DNA of 64,000 nt from Candidatus Omnitrophota bacterium (GCA_016208765.1 JACQXK010000001.1:64218-128217); one strand, 5' to 3'; counted from the first letter of the stretch, positions 47,712 to 58,373 are shown. Notes: a model not told the origin generated them from the letters alone. Made by a program: numbers and translations.

Positions 47712-47966
47712 TTGATAAAACCAATGAGATTAAAATTAAATTTGTATCCGGTAATTCCGGATATGGATGATAAACTTGAAGAGATTATTAAGAAGGCAGT
47801 AGAAGGCCGTGCTAAAGTTGTTGAGATTGCTTATGGTGAAGCCGGCGAGACTGTCAAGAAACGCATTCTTAATTTCTTAAATAGAAAAGATATCAAGAAG
47901 CTTTATTCGCGTATTGAGAAAACGGATAAGGGTTGGGGGAGAGTTTATGTGCATTTTCGCTGGTAG
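47712..47966 (+). CDS. Smr-like small domain protein
   Basis: VVEIAYG.....VKKRILNFL, N/G-WGR.YVHF ending. Confidence 0.6.
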   Translation: MIKPMRLKLNLYPVIPDMDDKLEEIIKKAVEGRAKVVEIAYGEAGETVKKRILNFLNRKDIKKLYSRIEKTDKGWGRVYVHFRW

Positions 47967-47981
47967 ATTCAGTTATAAATT

Positions 47982-48338
47982 ATGAAAAGTGATAAGCCAG
48001 ATTCTCGTTTAGTATATTCTACTTCGCAGGGGCAGGCCTGCCCGGAGTGTGCTAAGCCGATTAAAAGCTGTGTGTGCCGTGAAATAAAAATGGCAGCTGT
48101 GCCTGTTGCTGATGGAGTTGTGCGTTTGAGCTACGACACTAAGGGCAGAAAAGGCAAGGGGATGACGCTAATTACAGGTTTAGCCTTAAGCGAACAAGGC
48201 CTTTTAGATTTAGCTAAGCAGCTAAAACAAATGTTTGGCACTGGCGGGTCTGTGAAAGATTATATTATTGAATTGCAAGGAGATCATCGTAAGCTGGCGG
48301 CAGAGGAGTTGCGTAAGTTAGGTTACTGTGTCAAATAG
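47982..48338 (+). CDS. yciH: SUI1/eIF1-like translation factor
   Basis: LVYST, KGRKGKG.T.I.GL, GTGGSVKD..IELQGDH. Confidence 0.92.
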   Translation: MKSDKPDSRLVYSTSQGQACPECAKPIKSCVCREIKMAAVPVADGVVRLSYDTKGRKGKGMTLITGLALSEQGLLDLAKQLKQMFGTGGSVKDYIIELQGDHRKLAAEELRKLGYCVK

Positions 48339-48382
48339 ATCAAACTAATAGCCTTGTTTCTACTCAACCGGAGGAGATTATT

Positions 48383-48829
48383 ATGTTAAAATTTCTAAGG
48401 ATGTTATTATTGTTGTTTTTTCTTTTAGCTGCGCAAAAAACATTTGCTCAACAGTCAGAGCCAGGTGAATTTGATAAATTTATAAATAATGATACTGACG
48501 GAAGCAGCTTTGATCAGTCGGTAGTACTTGACAATGCATGTGATTATAGCAAATGTAAAACAAAGGATTGCCTTCTGGATGTTTTTAATAAGACAGTATT
48601 TGGCCAGGAGCTGCAGTATGTTTCAGATAATTATGGGCAAAGAGGCGAAGATTGGGAAGTAACAGGTTATGATAGTGTAGCTGCGTATGTTTTTGATGAC
48701 GATAAATATTATGATGATTTGGGAATTCAAATAATGGGGACCGGGCAAATAATCGTGTTGCATTTTGATATTACCAGTCCTGTTAACGTGTTTGAAGAGA
48801 AGAAATTTAATTTTAAACAAAGTAAATAA
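48383..48829 (+). CDS. Secreted acidic hypothetical protein
   Basis: GGAG RBS; signal peptide TFA-Q. Confidence 0.65.
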   Translation: MLKFLRMLLLLFFLLAAQKTFAQQSEPGEFDKFINNDTDGSSFDQSVVLDNACDYSKCKTKDCLLDVFNKTVFGQELQYVSDNYGQRGEDWEVTGYDSVAAYVFDDDKYYDDLGIQIMGTGQIIVLHFDITSPVNVFEEKKFNFKQSK

Positions 48830-48884
48830 CAAGCCCGGATGCGAAGATTATTGAGATTTTAGAGAAGGCTGAGTTATATTTATT

Positions 48885-49121
48885 ATGGATACTAAGATAG
48901 ACACAGGGCTTGGAGAACAGCCGATTGCAAAGATTATGGTTGAGCATGGGCTTAAGCCTAATGATTTGGTAAGCAACTCAAGCGAGCAAATTACGCATAA
49001 AATGGTTAGCCGCTCAGTTAAGGGCAGGCGCTTGAATTTAAGTATCCAGTATAAGGTTCTTAGAGCATTGAATAAAGCTTCGGGGAAGAATTATTTATTA
49101 AAAGATATTTTTAATTATTGA
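48885..49121 (+). CDS. Hypothetical protein, possibly HTH-like
   Basis: [23 protein letters not shown]. Confidence 0.6.
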   Translation: MDTKIDTGLGEQPIAKIMVEHGLKPNDLVSNSSEQITHKMVSRSVKGRRLNLSIQYKVLRALNKASGKNYLLKDIFNY

Positions 49122-49122
49122 T

Positions 49123-50673
49123 ATGCAAGAAGAATTAATTCAGACAAAATATACCAAGGAGCAGATTGAAGAGTGTATTCCTTTGATTGAGAGCTTGGTT
49201 GAAGATAGCGCGCAGTTATTGCGTTTGCCGGAAGAGCAACGTATCAAGTTAATCAGGGCGGCAGGACAGCTTTCCCGCCCTGACCGCGAGGAAATACGTA
49301 AACGCAACAGCGATCTTAGAAAAACTAAGCGCCAAAGAGTGGTCAAGTTTGAGCGGACTGCACGTGCCCAGACAGGAATTCGTAAAGCCCGCGAGGATGC
49401 TGTTTTTATTGCGCCAAAACAAATCGCAGATTCAAATGTTGATAAGAACAGCTGTTTTAGTGAATTAGATTCTCCCCGGAATTGTTATATCTGCAAGGCT
49501 GAATATAAAAAGCTGCATTTTTTTTATGATTCCATGTGCCCGGAATGCGCAGAATTCAATTATCAAAAAAGATTCCAGACAGCTTCGCTTGATGGCCAAG
49601 TTGCATTGATCACTGGTTCAAGATTAAAGATTGGTTATCAGGCAACTTTAAGGATGTTGCGTGCGGGAGCAAGGGTTATTGCTACGACGAGGTTCCCTGT
49701 TGATTCTGCGCTGAGGTTTTCTAAAGAAGAGGATTTTTGTAAGTGGTCTGATCGGCTGCATATCTACGGCCTTGATTTACGCCATACTCCAAGCGTAGAA
49801 ATCTTTTGTGCGTATTTTGAGAAAAAGTATGAGCGTTTAGATTTATTGATTAACAATGCTGCTCAGACTGTGCGGCGCCCGCCTGGCTTTTACGCGCATA
49901 TGATTGCAAATGAAACTTCAAGCTTTAAGAGCCTGCCTGATAACGCGCAATTGCTCTTGGGCCATTTTGAAGAATGTAAAAGAAAGCTTTTAAATTTCTT
50001 TGAATCAAATCTTGCAACAGAATTAGCGCTCCCCATAACCTGGAATGGCTTAGCTCCGGGGATCGGGCTGCGCGCTTCTGCCCAGCTTTCGCAGGTGCCT
50101 TATGCGTATGACCACGCGTTATCAACGGAAGAAGTTTTTCCTGCGGGGGAATTGGATGTGGATTTGCAACAAGTGGATTTGCGAAAAACTAACAGCTGGC
50201 GGTTGAGGTTAGGAGAGATCCTGACATCTGAGATGTTGGAGCTGCATCTTGTTAATGCGGTTGCGCCTTTTGTATTATGTAATAAATTATCAAACATGAT
50301 GAAGCGCGGCAACACAGGCTGCAAACATATTGTAAATGTGTCGGCGATGGAAGGCAAGTTCCTGCGTTTTAAAAAAGACGGCCGTCATCCGCATACTAAT
50401 ATGGCTAAGGCTGCTTTAAATATGTTGACGCATTCTTGCGCAGGTGATTTGGCGAAATACGGTATTTTTATGAATGCGGTAGATACGGGTTGGGTTACTG
50501 ATGAGGACCCTGCTGAGCTTGTTTTGCATAAACAGAAACACCATGATTTTCAGCCTCCTTTAGATATTGTGGATGGAGCAGCAAGGGTTTGTGACCCGTT
50601 TTTTAACGGTATCCTCACCGGCAAGCACTGGTGCGGCAAGTTTTTAAAAGATTATTTTCCGATTGACTGGTAA
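49123..50673 (+). CDS. SDR oxidoreductase with an N-terminal CxxC...CxxC region
   Basis: CYICK...[31 protein letters not shown]. Confidence 0.88.
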   Translation: MQEELIQTKYTKEQIEECIPLIESLVEDSAQLLRLPEEQRIKLIRAAGQLSRPDREEIRKRNSDLRKTKRQRVVKFERTARAQTGIRKAREDAVFIAPKQIADSNVDKNSCFSELDSPRNCYICKAEYKKLHFFYDSMCPECAEFNYQKRFQTASLDGQVALITGSRLKIGYQATLRMLRAGARVIATTRFPVDSALRFSKEEDFCKWSDRLHIYGLDLRHTPSVEIFCAYFEKKYERLDLLINNAAQTVRRPPGFYAHMIANETSSFKSLPDNAQLLLGHFEECKRKLLNFFESNLATELALPITWNGLAPGIGLRASAQLSQVPYAYDHALSTEEVFPAGELDVDLQQVDLRKTNSWRLRLGEILTSEMLELHLVNAVAPFVLCNKLSNMMKRGNTGCKHIVNVSAMEGKFLRFKKDGRHPHTNMAKAALNMLTHSCAGDLAKYGIFMNAVDTGWVTDEDPAELVLHKQKHHDFQPPLDIVDGAARVCDPFFNGILTGKHWCGKFLKDYFPIDW

Positions 50674-50742
50674 ATAAGCAAAGCTTACAAATAAAACTAA
50701 ATGAGATAAAAATAATATTAATGGTTCAATAATATTATTAAA

Positions 50743-53310
50743 ATGGCTAACTTAACTTTAAATACTAATAAGAATTTTCAGGAGCAGGATTTTGATTATG
50801 CAGGTATTCCTGTTGATTTAGTTTTTAATAAATTAAAAACTTCTTCAAAAGGCCTGACTGAGAATGAGGCTCAGGAGCGCCTTAAGGAATTTGGCTACAA
50901 TGAGCCCGCCAAAAAAAAGAAAAGAACAATACTTCTTCAAATTCTTTCCAAGTTTATCAATCCCCTTGTAATAGTGCTTTTGGTCATTGCCGGTTTCTCG
51001 CTTTTCTTCGGGCAGGAGATAAGTGCGGCATTGGTTATTTTAATGGCAGTATTGAGCGTTTTTTTATCATTTTTTCAGGAATACCGGGCTGGCAAAGAAG
51101 CAGAGAAGCTTGGTGAAATGGTGCGTGCCACTGCCACGGTTTATCGTAACGGTAAGCCCAAGGAAGTAAAAATCAGGGAGATTGTGCCCGGAGACATTGT
51201 TGATTTATTTGCCGGAGACATGATCCCGGCAGACCTGCGGATTGTTTCCTGCAAGGACCTTTTTATTAATCAGGCAACTTTGACCGGAGAATCTTTCCCA
51301 GTTGAAAAAGTAGCAGAAACCATAAAGCCAAAAGAGGGCGCTTCTGCTGATTTATCAAATATTGTATTTATGGGCTCAAGCGTTGTAAGCGGGACAGCTT
51401 TGGGAGTGGTAATAAAAACCGGCCTTGCTACGCAGTTTGGAGAGCTTTCGCGCAAACTTGCCTCAGTAACAATAGAGAGTGGCTTTGATAAAGGGATACG
51501 CAAATTTACCTGGTTTATGATCAGGGCGATGTTGGTATTAGTAATGGTAATTTTTGCGATAAATGCTTTTAATAAAGGGCAGATTATCCAGGCCTTGATG
51601 TTTTCTTTGTCAGTTGCAGTGGGCCTTACTCCGGAAATGCTTCCTATGCTGGTTGCTATTAATCTTTCAAAAGGCGCAATTGCCATGTCAAAGAAAGATG
51701 TAATTGTCAAACGGTTAAATGCCATACAAAATTTCGGAGCAATGAATGTGCTTTGTACGGATAAAACCGGCACCTTGACATTAGACAAAATAATCCTTGA
51801 AAGGCATTGCGATGTGGTTAAAAAAGAAGATGAAGGTGTTTTAAGATTAGCGTATGTGAATAGCTTTTATCAAACCGGCCTTAAAAACATCCTGGATCGC
51901 GCTATCCTTAAGCATGAAAAACTGCTTGTGAAACAATATAAGAAATTTGATGAAGTGCCTTTTGATTTCTCAAGAAAGATAATGTCTGTTGTTGTTGAGT
52001 TTGAAGGCAAACACAGAATAATCACAAAGGGCGCTCCGGAAGAAGTTTTTAAGAGGTGTGCAAAGTATGAATTGGAAGGCGAGGTGCTGGATATTGACCA
52101 GCTTATAATCGCAGATTTAAAGAGCGAATGCGACGAGTTAAGCTCTGAGGGTTTCAGGGTTTTGGCAGTTGCCTATAAAGATTTTGAAAATAATAAAGAG
52201 AAGTATTCAAAAGATGACGAGCAGGGGCTTATTTTAAAAGGGTATATTGCATTTTTAGACCCGCCAAAGTCTTCGGCAAAAAAGACGATTGAAATGTTAA
52301 AAGGCCTGGGGATAGATTTTAAGGTATTGACCGGTGACAATGAATTGGTTACTAAAAAAATATGCGGCGAAGTGGGCCTTGATGTGAAAGGAATAGCTAA
52401 TGGTGAAGAAGTGGAGAAGGCTACTGATGCCCAGTTGCAGGAACTTGTGAAAACAACTTCTGTTTTTGCCAGGCTTTCACCGCTACAAAAAGAAAAGGTG
52501 ATCCGTGCGCTGCACAAAAATAATCATATAGTAGGTTATCTTGGGGATGGTATAAATGATGCGCTTGCTTTAAAGGCTGCTGACGTCGGGATTTCGGTAA
52601 ATAATGCTGTTGATATTGCTAAAGAATCTGCTGATATTATTCTCTTAAAGAAAAGCCTTTTGGTGTTAGGAGACGGTGTTATAGAAGGAAGAAAGACTTT
52701 TGGAAATATATTAAAATATATCAAGATGGGTTCAAGTTCTAATTTTGGGAATATGCTTAGCATGACCGGGGCGAGTATCTTCCTGCCGTTTTTACCGATG
52801 CTTCCTATTCAGATCCTTTTAAATAATTTCCTTTATGATTTATCGCAGATAGCTATTCCTTCTGATGATGTGGATAAGGAATATATTCTAAAATCCAGGC
52901 CTTGGAATGTAGCCTACATAAAGAAATTTATGCTTGCCCTTGGGCCGGTGAGCTCGCTGTTTGATTTTATCACCTTTGGAGTATTGCTATGGGTTTTTCG
53001 CGCCCCTGAATCGTTGTTCCACACAGGGTGGTTTTTGGAATCACTTTGCACTCAGACGCTGGTAATATATGTAATCAGGACAGGAAAGATCCCATTTATT
53101 GAAAGCAGGCCCAGCCAGTTCTTGATGTTTACCTCTATTTACATTGTAACTATAGGTATGGTGCTGCCTTTTACCCCCTTAGGGAAATATTTTGGCTTTG
53201 TTGCTCCTCCTCCGGTTTATTTTATATTTCTTATTTTTATAGTCGGACTGTATCTATTAATGGTGCAAAAAGCAAAGAATTGGTTCATTAAAAAATACGG
53301 GTACGAATAA
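50743..53310 (+). CDS. mgtA: Magnesium-translocating P-type ATPase
   Basis: TGES, LTPEMLP, DKTGTLT, TGDN, GDGIND, SSNFGNM, NFLYD. Confidence 0.95.
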   Translation: MANLTLNTNKNFQEQDFDYAGIPVDLVFNKLKTSSKGLTENEAQERLKEFGYNEPAKKKKRTILLQILSKFINPLVIVLLVIAGFSLFFGQEISAALVILMAVLSVFLSFFQEYRAGKEAEKLGEMVRATATVYRNGKPKEVKIREIVPGDIVDLFAGDMIPADLRIVSCKDLFINQATLTGESFPVEKVAETIKPKEGASADLSNIVFMGSSVVSGTALGVVIKTGLATQFGELSRKLASVTIESGFDKGIRKFTWFMIRAMLVLVMVIFAINAFNKGQIIQALMFSLSVAVGLTPEMLPMLVAINLSKGAIAMSKKDVIVKRLNAIQNFGAMNVLCTDKTGTLTLDKIILERHCDVVKKEDEGVLRLAYVNSFYQTGLKNILDRAILKHEKLLVKQYKKFDEVPFDFSRKIMSVVVEFEGKHRIITKGAPEEVFKRCAKYELEGEVLDIDQLIIADLKSECDELSSEGFRVLAVAYKDFENNKEKYSKDDEQGLILKGYIAFLDPPKSSAKKTIEMLKGLGIDFKVLTGDNELVTKKICGEVGLDVKGIANGEEVEKATDAQLQELVKTTSVFARLSPLQKEKVIRALHKNNHIVGYLGDGINDALALKAADVGISVNNAVDIAKESADIILLKKSLLVLGDGVIEGRKTFGNILKYIKMGSSSNFGNMLSMTGASIFLPFLPMLPIQILLNNFLYDLSQIAIPSDDVDKEYILKSRPWNVAYIKKFMLALGPVSSLFDFITFGVLLWVFRAPESLFHTGWFLESLCTQTLVIYVIRTGKIPFIESRPSQFLMFTSIYIVTIGMVLPFTPLGKYFGFVAPPPVYFIFLIFIVGLYLLMVQKAKNWFIKKYGYE

Positions 53311-53339
53311 TGTTCATTAAATACTGGCTATAAAAGAGC

Positions 53340-53438
53340 TTGACAAAACAGAAATAGATGGTAAACTTATTTTTGTAGTAAATAGGATTAGAAGTCGTAG
53401 GCCGCAAGGAGGATGATTACTAACCTTGCGGTTTTTTT
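53340..53438 (+). promoter_or_regulatory. Promoter plus conserved leader/attenuator motif, copy 4 (before csp)
   Basis: TTGACA-16-TAAACT with TGn; TTAGAAGTCGTAG GCCGCAAGG aggatgattactaa CCTTGCGGT TTTTTT. Confidence 0.78.
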
Positions 53439-53486
53439 CTATGTCGTTATTTACTATAATTTTTAAAGAAAAGGAGGTAGTAAATA

Positions 53487-53687
53487 ATGGCAAGAGGTAA
53501 AGTGAAGTGGTTCTCGAATCAGAAAGGTTATGGGTTCATTACTCCAGAGTCTGGTAGTGATGTATTTGTGCATCATAGCGCCATACAAGGCGATGGATAT
53601 AAAACACTAGACGAGGGTCAGGAAGTTGAGTTTGAAATTGAAAAAGGCCCCAAAGGTGAGCAGGCAACAAAAGTTGTAAAACTTTAA
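53487..53687 (+). CDS. cspA: Cold-shock protein (paralogue)
   Basis: [22 protein letters not shown]. Confidence 0.96.
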   Translation: MARGKVKWFSNQKGYGFITPESGSDVFVHHSAIQGDGYKTLDEGQEVEFEIEKGPKGEQATKVVKL

Positions 53688-53700
53688 TTTGCTGATAACC

Positions 53701-53737
53701 AAAAGCCCGGTTTATGAAAATAAGCCGGGCTTTTTTT
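53701..53737 (+). terminator. Intrinsic terminator
   Basis: AAAAGCCCGGTTTAT/ATAAGCCGGGCTTTT with a T run. Confidence 0.82.
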
Positions 53738-53818
53738 CTGCCTAAAATCTCTTGTGGCCTTGCCGGGTTAAGGATATAATCAGCTTGAGGCTAAATTTTA
53801 TCAGAACGAAAGAGAGGA

Positions 53819-54901
53819 ATGGCAATCATGATAAGGAAAATTATAATCGGGATTCTCCTGGTAGCAGCTATATTTTTTGTTGTTGCCAGCGTTTTTGTTG
53901 CTATTTATGGAAAGAAAATTGTCCAAGAACAAATAGAGCAAAATCTTAAACTAAAAACGAATATCGGAAGTATTCGTTTGAACCTGCCGATAAAAGTTGT
54001 TATAAACAAAATTCAACTGGGAGAACTTTTTAAGGCTGAGCAAATTTCTTTTTCCCCTGATATTTTAGGCCTTGTTGCAGGAAAGATTGTATTAGCAGAT
54101 TTGCGCGTTGTTCAGCCAGTAATTAATCTGGAACAATCTGCTGAAGGTAAGCTTAACCTGCTTGAGTTAAATAAGCAGGGAAAGCCGCCTGCCATTTATA
54201 TCACCAGCATTGAGATACAAAACGGAAGATTTAATTTCTTAGACAGGAAAGTAACTCCGGACGGTTTGTTGGTAATGTTAGATAAAATAAATATCACTGT
54301 TTCTAAGGTTATGTTTCCACCAACATCACTTAATGTAAAATTTAAGGCTAGGGCAGAAATACTTAATCAGGATGCAAAACAAATCGGGCAACTTGTGTCT
54401 TCCGGTTGGGTAGATTTTAGGCCAAAGAATATGGATGCTACGTTTGAACTAAAGGACCTGCAGGTGCTTTATTTTGAGCCTTATTATGGAGAATTTCTTT
54501 CCAAAAAGAAGCTTCTATCCGCTAATTTAGATTTGGCCTCAACGTTGAAGGCCAAGAATAATGATTTGGTAATTGGAGTGGATTTTAAGCTTTCCGGCCT
54601 GGTTTATGCTAAAGACGAGCCTCAGCAAGAGAGCTCTCTCCCAAGTTTTGACTTAGTAAAAAATACCCTGGATTTATTTACAGATAGAAAAGGTAATCTT
54701 GACCTTAATTTTACTATCAATACGAAATTGGATAAACCAGAAATCAGTATTTCGGATTTGAAGAAAACAATTCTTCAAGCTGCGTTGAATAATTTATCAA
54801 ACCAGCCTCCTCAGGATATTATTGAAAAAGTTACCGATACAATTCAGCAGTTTAAGGATTTTGGCGAAAAAATGGGGGATATATTTAAGAATAAGCAGTA
54901 A
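53819..54901 (+). CDS. AsmA-like / DUF748-type protein
   Basis: N-terminal TM helix, NGRFNFLD; resembles 11934-13106. Confidence 0.65.
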   Translation: MAIMIRKIIIGILLVAAIFFVVASVFVAIYGKKIVQEQIEQNLKLKTNIGSIRLNLPIKVVINKIQLGELFKAEQISFSPDILGLVAGKIVLADLRVVQPVINLEQSAEGKLNLLELNKQGKPPAIYITSIEIQNGRFNFLDRKVTPDGLLVMLDKINITVSKVMFPPTSLNVKFKARAEILNQDAKQIGQLVSSGWVDFRPKNMDATFELKDLQVLYFEPYYGEFLSKKKLLSANLDLASTLKAKNNDLVIGVDFKLSGLVYAKDEPQQESSLPSFDLVKNTLDLFTDRKGNLDLNFTINTKLDKPEISISDLKKTILQAALNNLSNQPPQDIIEKVTDTIQQFKDFGEKMGDIFKNKQ

Positions 54902-54962
54902 TTTGTTTAAATTCCCCAGAATCTGCTTGAAATAATAAAGCATTGCAGCTATAATTGCCATT

Positions 54963-56105
54963 GTGAATAAAGAAATACCTTCCGAAAAACTCACCTTTAA
55001 TTATTTACCTGATAAAAAAACTCTTGAGTTTAAATTCATTTCTGACTGGCGCATTAGCGCCGGGCTTCCTGAATTAAAAGAAGCTGTTTTGCAGCTGTCT
55101 GCCCATCAAGACATTAAACAAATTACATTTGATTCCTTTGGATTAACTGCCTGGGATAGCGGTTTTATTTCTTTTTTAATGCAGTTGGTGAAAGAGTGCC
55201 AGCATAGAAAGATTGATGTTTCCTGCCAGGGCCTTCCTGAGGGAGCGGAAAAATTGTTGAAACTTGCCTTGCAGGTAAGAGAAAACGTTACTCTAAAGCC
55301 GGAGCGGGAAGAAAAGCTTTTCCCAAAAATCGGAAGTTTGGTTTTACAGAGGATTGACAGTGCGCATTTGTTTTTGAATTTTCTGGGAGACCTTGTACTT
55401 TCTTTCACTAAACTAATCAGAGGAAAATCTATTATGCGTTGGGATGATTTTCTATTGATTGTACAAAAAAGCGGCGCTAATGCATTTGGCCTTGTTTCTT
55501 TGATCAGTGTTTTAGTGGGTATGATACTTGCTTTTGTCGGAGCAATACAACTTCAATTATTCGGAGCACAGGTTTTTATCGCAGATATTGTAGGTATTGC
55601 CATGGTGCGGGTAATGGGCGCGGTAATGGCTGCTGTTATAATGGCCGGCCGCACCGGAGCTTCTTTTGCAGCAGAGCTCGGCATTATGCAGGTAAATGAA
55701 GAGATAGATGCCTATAAAACTCTCGGCGTTGACCCGATTGAGTTTTTAGTTTTACCGCGGGTAATGGCGCTTGTGTTAATGATGCCGCTTCTAACTATTT
55801 ATGCTGATCTAATGGGTATATTAGGCGGGTTTATTATTGGCACCGGGATGCTTGGTTTAAATCCCGTAGAATACCTGAATCGCACCCAGCAGGCTGTAAA
55901 GCTTAATAATCTTTGGGTTGGGCTTGTGCATAGTGTTGTTTTTGGCATTATCATTGCGCTTGCCGGGTGTTTCCGCGGGATACGTTGTAGCAGGAGCGCG
56001 GCTGGGGTTGGCGAGGCGACTACTTCGGCTGTGGTTACCGGGATTACCAGTATCGTAATCGCCACTGCAATTATTACTTTTGTTTGTCAGGTTTTGGGAG
56101 TTTAA
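54963..56105 (+). CDS. mlaE: MlaE-family permease with an N-terminal STAS-like domain
   Basis: WDSG, AGRTGASFAAELG.M.VNEEIDA, LVLPR, GVGEATT.AVV. Confidence 0.9.
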   Translation: MNKEIPSEKLTFNYLPDKKTLEFKFISDWRISAGLPELKEAVLQLSAHQDIKQITFDSFGLTAWDSGFISFLMQLVKECQHRKIDVSCQGLPEGAEKLLKLALQVRENVTLKPEREEKLFPKIGSLVLQRIDSAHLFLNFLGDLVLSFTKLIRGKSIMRWDDFLLIVQKSGANAFGLVSLISVLVGMILAFVGAIQLQLFGAQVFIADIVGIAMVRVMGAVMAAVIMAGRTGASFAAELGIMQVNEEIDAYKTLGVDPIEFLVLPRVMALVLMMPLLTIYADLMGILGGFIIGTGMLGLNPVEYLNRTQQAVKLNNLWVGLVHSVVFGIIIALAGCFRGIRCSRSAAGVGEATTSAVVTGITSIVIATAIITFVCQVLGV

Positions 56106-56108
56106 TCT

Positions 56109-56870
56109 ATGGAGAAAAATTCTCAGCCGGTTATTGAGGTGCGCGGCCTTGATGTTGGTTATGATGATGATATTGTGATGCAGGGGCTTAATTTTAAAGT
56201 TAACAAGGGAGATATTTTTATTGTAATGGGAATGAGCGGGTGCGGAAAAAGCACTTTATTAAAAGCCATGATTGGATTACAACAGCCGTTTAAAGGCCAG
56301 GTTCTTTATGACGGAAAAGATTTTTGGCTGGATGCAGAACAGCAGTCAATTATGCAGCGTTTTGGCGTGCTTTATCAGTCGGGGGCTTTGTGGAGTTCTT
56401 TAACATTGGCAGAAAATGTCGCGCTTAGCCTGCAGTTATATACTAAATTATCCCGGGAACAAATCCGGGAAGTGGTGGCATTAAAACTTTCTTTGGTTGG
56501 TTTGGAAGGCTATGAAGATTTGTATCCGTTTGAAATAAGCGGGGGAATGCGTAAAAGGGCCGGCCTTGCGCGGGCAATTGCCCTTGATCCGGACATTATT
56601 TTTTTTGATGAGCCATCGGCCGGGCTTGATCCGGTAAACGCGAAAATGCTTGATGATTTGATTTTGCAATTAAGGGATGTTTTAGGAGCTACGATTGTGG
56701 TAGTGACGCATGAACTTGCCAGCATCTTTGCTATAGGGAATAATTCTATATTTCTTGATGCGGATACAAAAACTATGATTGCTTCGGGCAGCCCTAAAGA
56801 TTTACTGGCTGATTCCAAAGATCCGCGGGTAATTCAATTCTTAACCAGAGGCAATAAGCCGGGAGCATAA
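56109..56870 (+). CDS. mlaF: MlaF-family ABC ATPase
   Basis: GMSGCGKST, ISGGMRKRAGLARA, DEPSAGLDP. Confidence 0.9.
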   Translation: MEKNSQPVIEVRGLDVGYDDDIVMQGLNFKVNKGDIFIVMGMSGCGKSTLLKAMIGLQQPFKGQVLYDGKDFWLDAEQQSIMQRFGVLYQSGALWSSLTLAENVALSLQLYTKLSREQIREVVALKLSLVGLEGYEDLYPFEISGGMRKRAGLARAIALDPDIIFFDEPSAGLDPVNAKMLDDLILQLRDVLGATIVVVTHELASIFAIGNNSIFLDADTKTMIASGSPKDLLADSKDPRVIQFLTRGNKPGA

Positions 56871-56872
56871 AG

Positions 56873-57589
56873 ATGACTAAAAAAGCAAATAGGACAGTTA
56901 TAGGAGTATTTGTTGTAGGGGCGGTAGCATTATTTATTACTGGATTGATAGTTTTTGGTTCGGGAGTAATTTTCAATCAAGCAGATGAATATGTTTTATT
57001 TTTTGATGGCTCTATCAAAGGGCTTTCAGTAGGAGCTCCGGTTATTTTTCGTGGAGTAAGGATCGGAAGTGTTAAAGGTATTAGTTTGGTTTATGACCAC
57101 AAGGTGAAGGACTTGGTTATCCCTGTAGTTATTGAGATAATTCCCGGCCGTGTTAAGGGGGCGCCAAAGAAGTGGGGACATAGTAGCTATGAACTGTTGA
57201 TAAAAGAAGGGTTGAGGGCGAAATTAGAGGTTCAGAGTTTTATTACCGGGCAACTAATGATTTCATTTGATTTCTATCCTGATACTATTGCAAACTTGCG
57301 CGGAATTATGAAAAATTACCACGAGTTGCCCACACTTCCTACTACGCCTGATATTTTTGGTGCAATGGAGGATGTGCCTATTAAAGAAATCGCGCAGAAT
57401 TTGGATATTACGGTGAAAGGGATCAACAGCCTGCTTGATTCCGGTTATTTGCAGGAAACTTTTTATGAATTAAAGGGCGCTTTACAGGAGATAACCCAGT
57501 CGGCACGATCTTTCCGCATGCTTGTTGATTATCTTGAACAGCATCCGGAAGCCTTTTTAAAAGGCAAGCCAATTATTAAAGGAGAATAA
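56873..57589 (+). CDS. MCE/MlaD-family protein
   Basis: IGVFV, GLSVGAPV.FRGV.IG.V, YLEQHPEA.L.GK. Confidence 0.9.
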   Translation: MTKKANRTVIGVFVVGAVALFITGLIVFGSGVIFNQADEYVLFFDGSIKGLSVGAPVIFRGVRIGSVKGISLVYDHKVKDLVIPVVIEIIPGRVKGAPKKWGHSSYELLIKEGLRAKLEVQSFITGQLMISFDFYPDTIANLRGIMKNYHELPTLPTTPDIFGAMEDVPIKEIAQNLDITVKGINSLLDSGYLQETFYELKGALQEITQSARSFRMLVDYLEQHPEAFLKGKPIIKGE

Positions 57590-57590
57590 G

Positions 57591-58220
57591 ATGACTCGCT
57601 TTAAGAATGATTTTTGCAATGTTGTAGTTATTATGTTTTTTGTTTTTATTATGGGAGGGTGTTTATCTGTTCCGGAAAGCCAAAATCCGCATTTTTATAT
57701 GTTGCAGCCATTAGAGAATGACCAGATAATACAAAAGTTCAACCTTCTTCCTGAGGCTATTATCGGGATCGGGCCGGTAAAGATTCCTGAATATTTGAAT
57801 CGCCCGCAAATCGTAACTTTGAATAAAGATGCTACGATGAGATTTTCTGAATTTGACCGTTGGGCAGAGTCGCTGAATTTTCTGTTGGCAGGTGTTGTGA
57901 GAGAGAATCTTATATTGATGCTTCCGGGAGCAAAATTTGAAATATATCCATGGAATGTGGCTATTCCGGTTAAGTATCAGGTGATGATAGAAGTAGTGCA
58001 ATTTGATGCCAGGCTTGAAAAAGATTTATTTTTTGTGGTACAATGGTCAGTGTTTGATATTAATAATAAACGGATGTTGGCTATAAAGAGGTCAGAGTTT
58101 CGGCAGGCAATTGATCAGCATAATTATTCTGCTTTAGTTAGTGCGTTTAACCTTGAGTGCGGTTCATTAAGCAGCCAGATCGCTGAAGAAATAGCAGGTT
58201 TTGAAAATAAGAAGGAATAG
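57591..58220 (+). CDS. PqiC-like lipoprotein (ABC auxiliary component)
   Basis: Lipobox MGGC; IGPVKIPEYLNRPQIV, RWAESL. Confidence 0.88.
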   Translation: MTRFKNDFCNVVVIMFFVFIMGGCLSVPESQNPHFYMLQPLENDQIIQKFNLLPEAIIGIGPVKIPEYLNRPQIVTLNKDATMRFSEFDRWAESLNFLLAGVVRENLILMLPGAKFEIYPWNVAIPVKYQVMIEVVQFDARLEKDLFFVVQWSVFDINNKRMLAIKRSEFRQAIDQHNYSALVSAFNLECGSLSSQIAEEIAGFENKKE

Positions 58221-58229
58221 GAGGGAGAT

Positions 58230-58355
58230 ATGGGAGTTGAGAAATCTGGAGAAAAATATAGATGCAATGTATGCGGGAACGAAGTTGTGGTTACTAAAGC
58301 AGGCGGTGGAGAATTAGTTTGTTGTAAGCAGCCAATGGAAAAGATTGAAGGATAA
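58230..58355 (+). CDS. Desulforedoxin-like FeS4 iron-binding protein (41 aa)
   Basis: [14 protein letters not shown]...[11 protein letters not shown]; GGAGG RBS. Confidence 0.9.
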   Translation: MGVEKSGEKYRCNVCGNEVVVTKAGGGELVCCKQPMEKIEG

Positions 58356-58373
58356 AATCAGGGAATTTTAACT

